Shown here piece after piece: positions 15,764 to 15,857 of a stretch of 15,857 nucleotides of DNA. A program made the position numbers and the translations under genes. Each line of letters starts with the position of its first letter. Positions within the stretch are counted from its first letter, which is position 1. Origin of the DNA: Verrucomicrobiota bacterium (GTDB lineage Bacteria; Verrucomicrobiota; Verrucomicrobiia; Limisphaerales; CANJXF01). Location: positions 1 to 15,857 of the forward strand of contig JBBQRQ010000114.1 of the NCBI GenBank assembly GCA_038214755.1. The letters are read 5' to 3'. The notes beneath the pieces are model-generated. The model searched no databases, had not been told where the DNA came from, and saw nothing but the letters and a program-made list of their open reading frames with translations.

Positions 15764-15857
15764 ATGGACTGGCAGGAAATTATCGCGTTGAGCATCGTTG
15801 CTGCGACGGCTTTGGTATTCGCTTTCCAAAAATTTCGCCGGAAAAAATTCAGCTTCC
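15764..15857 (+). CDS. Small single-pass membrane protein, partial (runs off the window; resembles the N-terminus of FeoB-associated Cys-rich membrane proteins)
   Basis: Not in the ORF track. ATG 15764 reads MDWQEIIALSIVAATALVFAFQKFRRKKFSF..., one TM helix followed by a basic patch, open to the window end. Confidence 0.65.
   Translation, partial: MDWQEIIALSIVAATALVFAFQKFRRKKFSF

Overview
Bacterial chromosomal window. The gene families and repeat style suggest a Verrucomicrobiota/PVC-type genome (inference only). It encodes two tandem soluble hybrid histidine kinases, a small hypothetical protein, a secreted DUF1080 hydrolase, a flavin-dependent halogenase-like enzyme, a secreted PepSY-like protein, a Cys-type sulfatase, a membrane-anchored protein with a pseudopilin-like C-terminus, a stand-alone gcvP and the start of a small membrane protein. 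Three type II toxin-antitoxin loci are interspersed: one intact (ParD/RelE-like), and two with an intact antitoxin but a broken toxin (a truncated PemK/MazF and a DUF5615 PIN toxin with three frameshifts). The most notable layer is the repeat DNA. (i) A 195-bp MITE occurs twice, each copy with its own 3-bp TTA or TAA target duplication and internal BoxC-like hairpins. (ii) Several REP-like families are present. (iii) Heptamer arrays in inverted orientation enclose a REP pair. (iv) A REP doublet and two heptamer arrays lie in frame inside the gcvP coding sequence. Several genes have sigma70-like hexamers positioned for leaderless translation. No CRISPR array, RNA gene or transposase was recognised.
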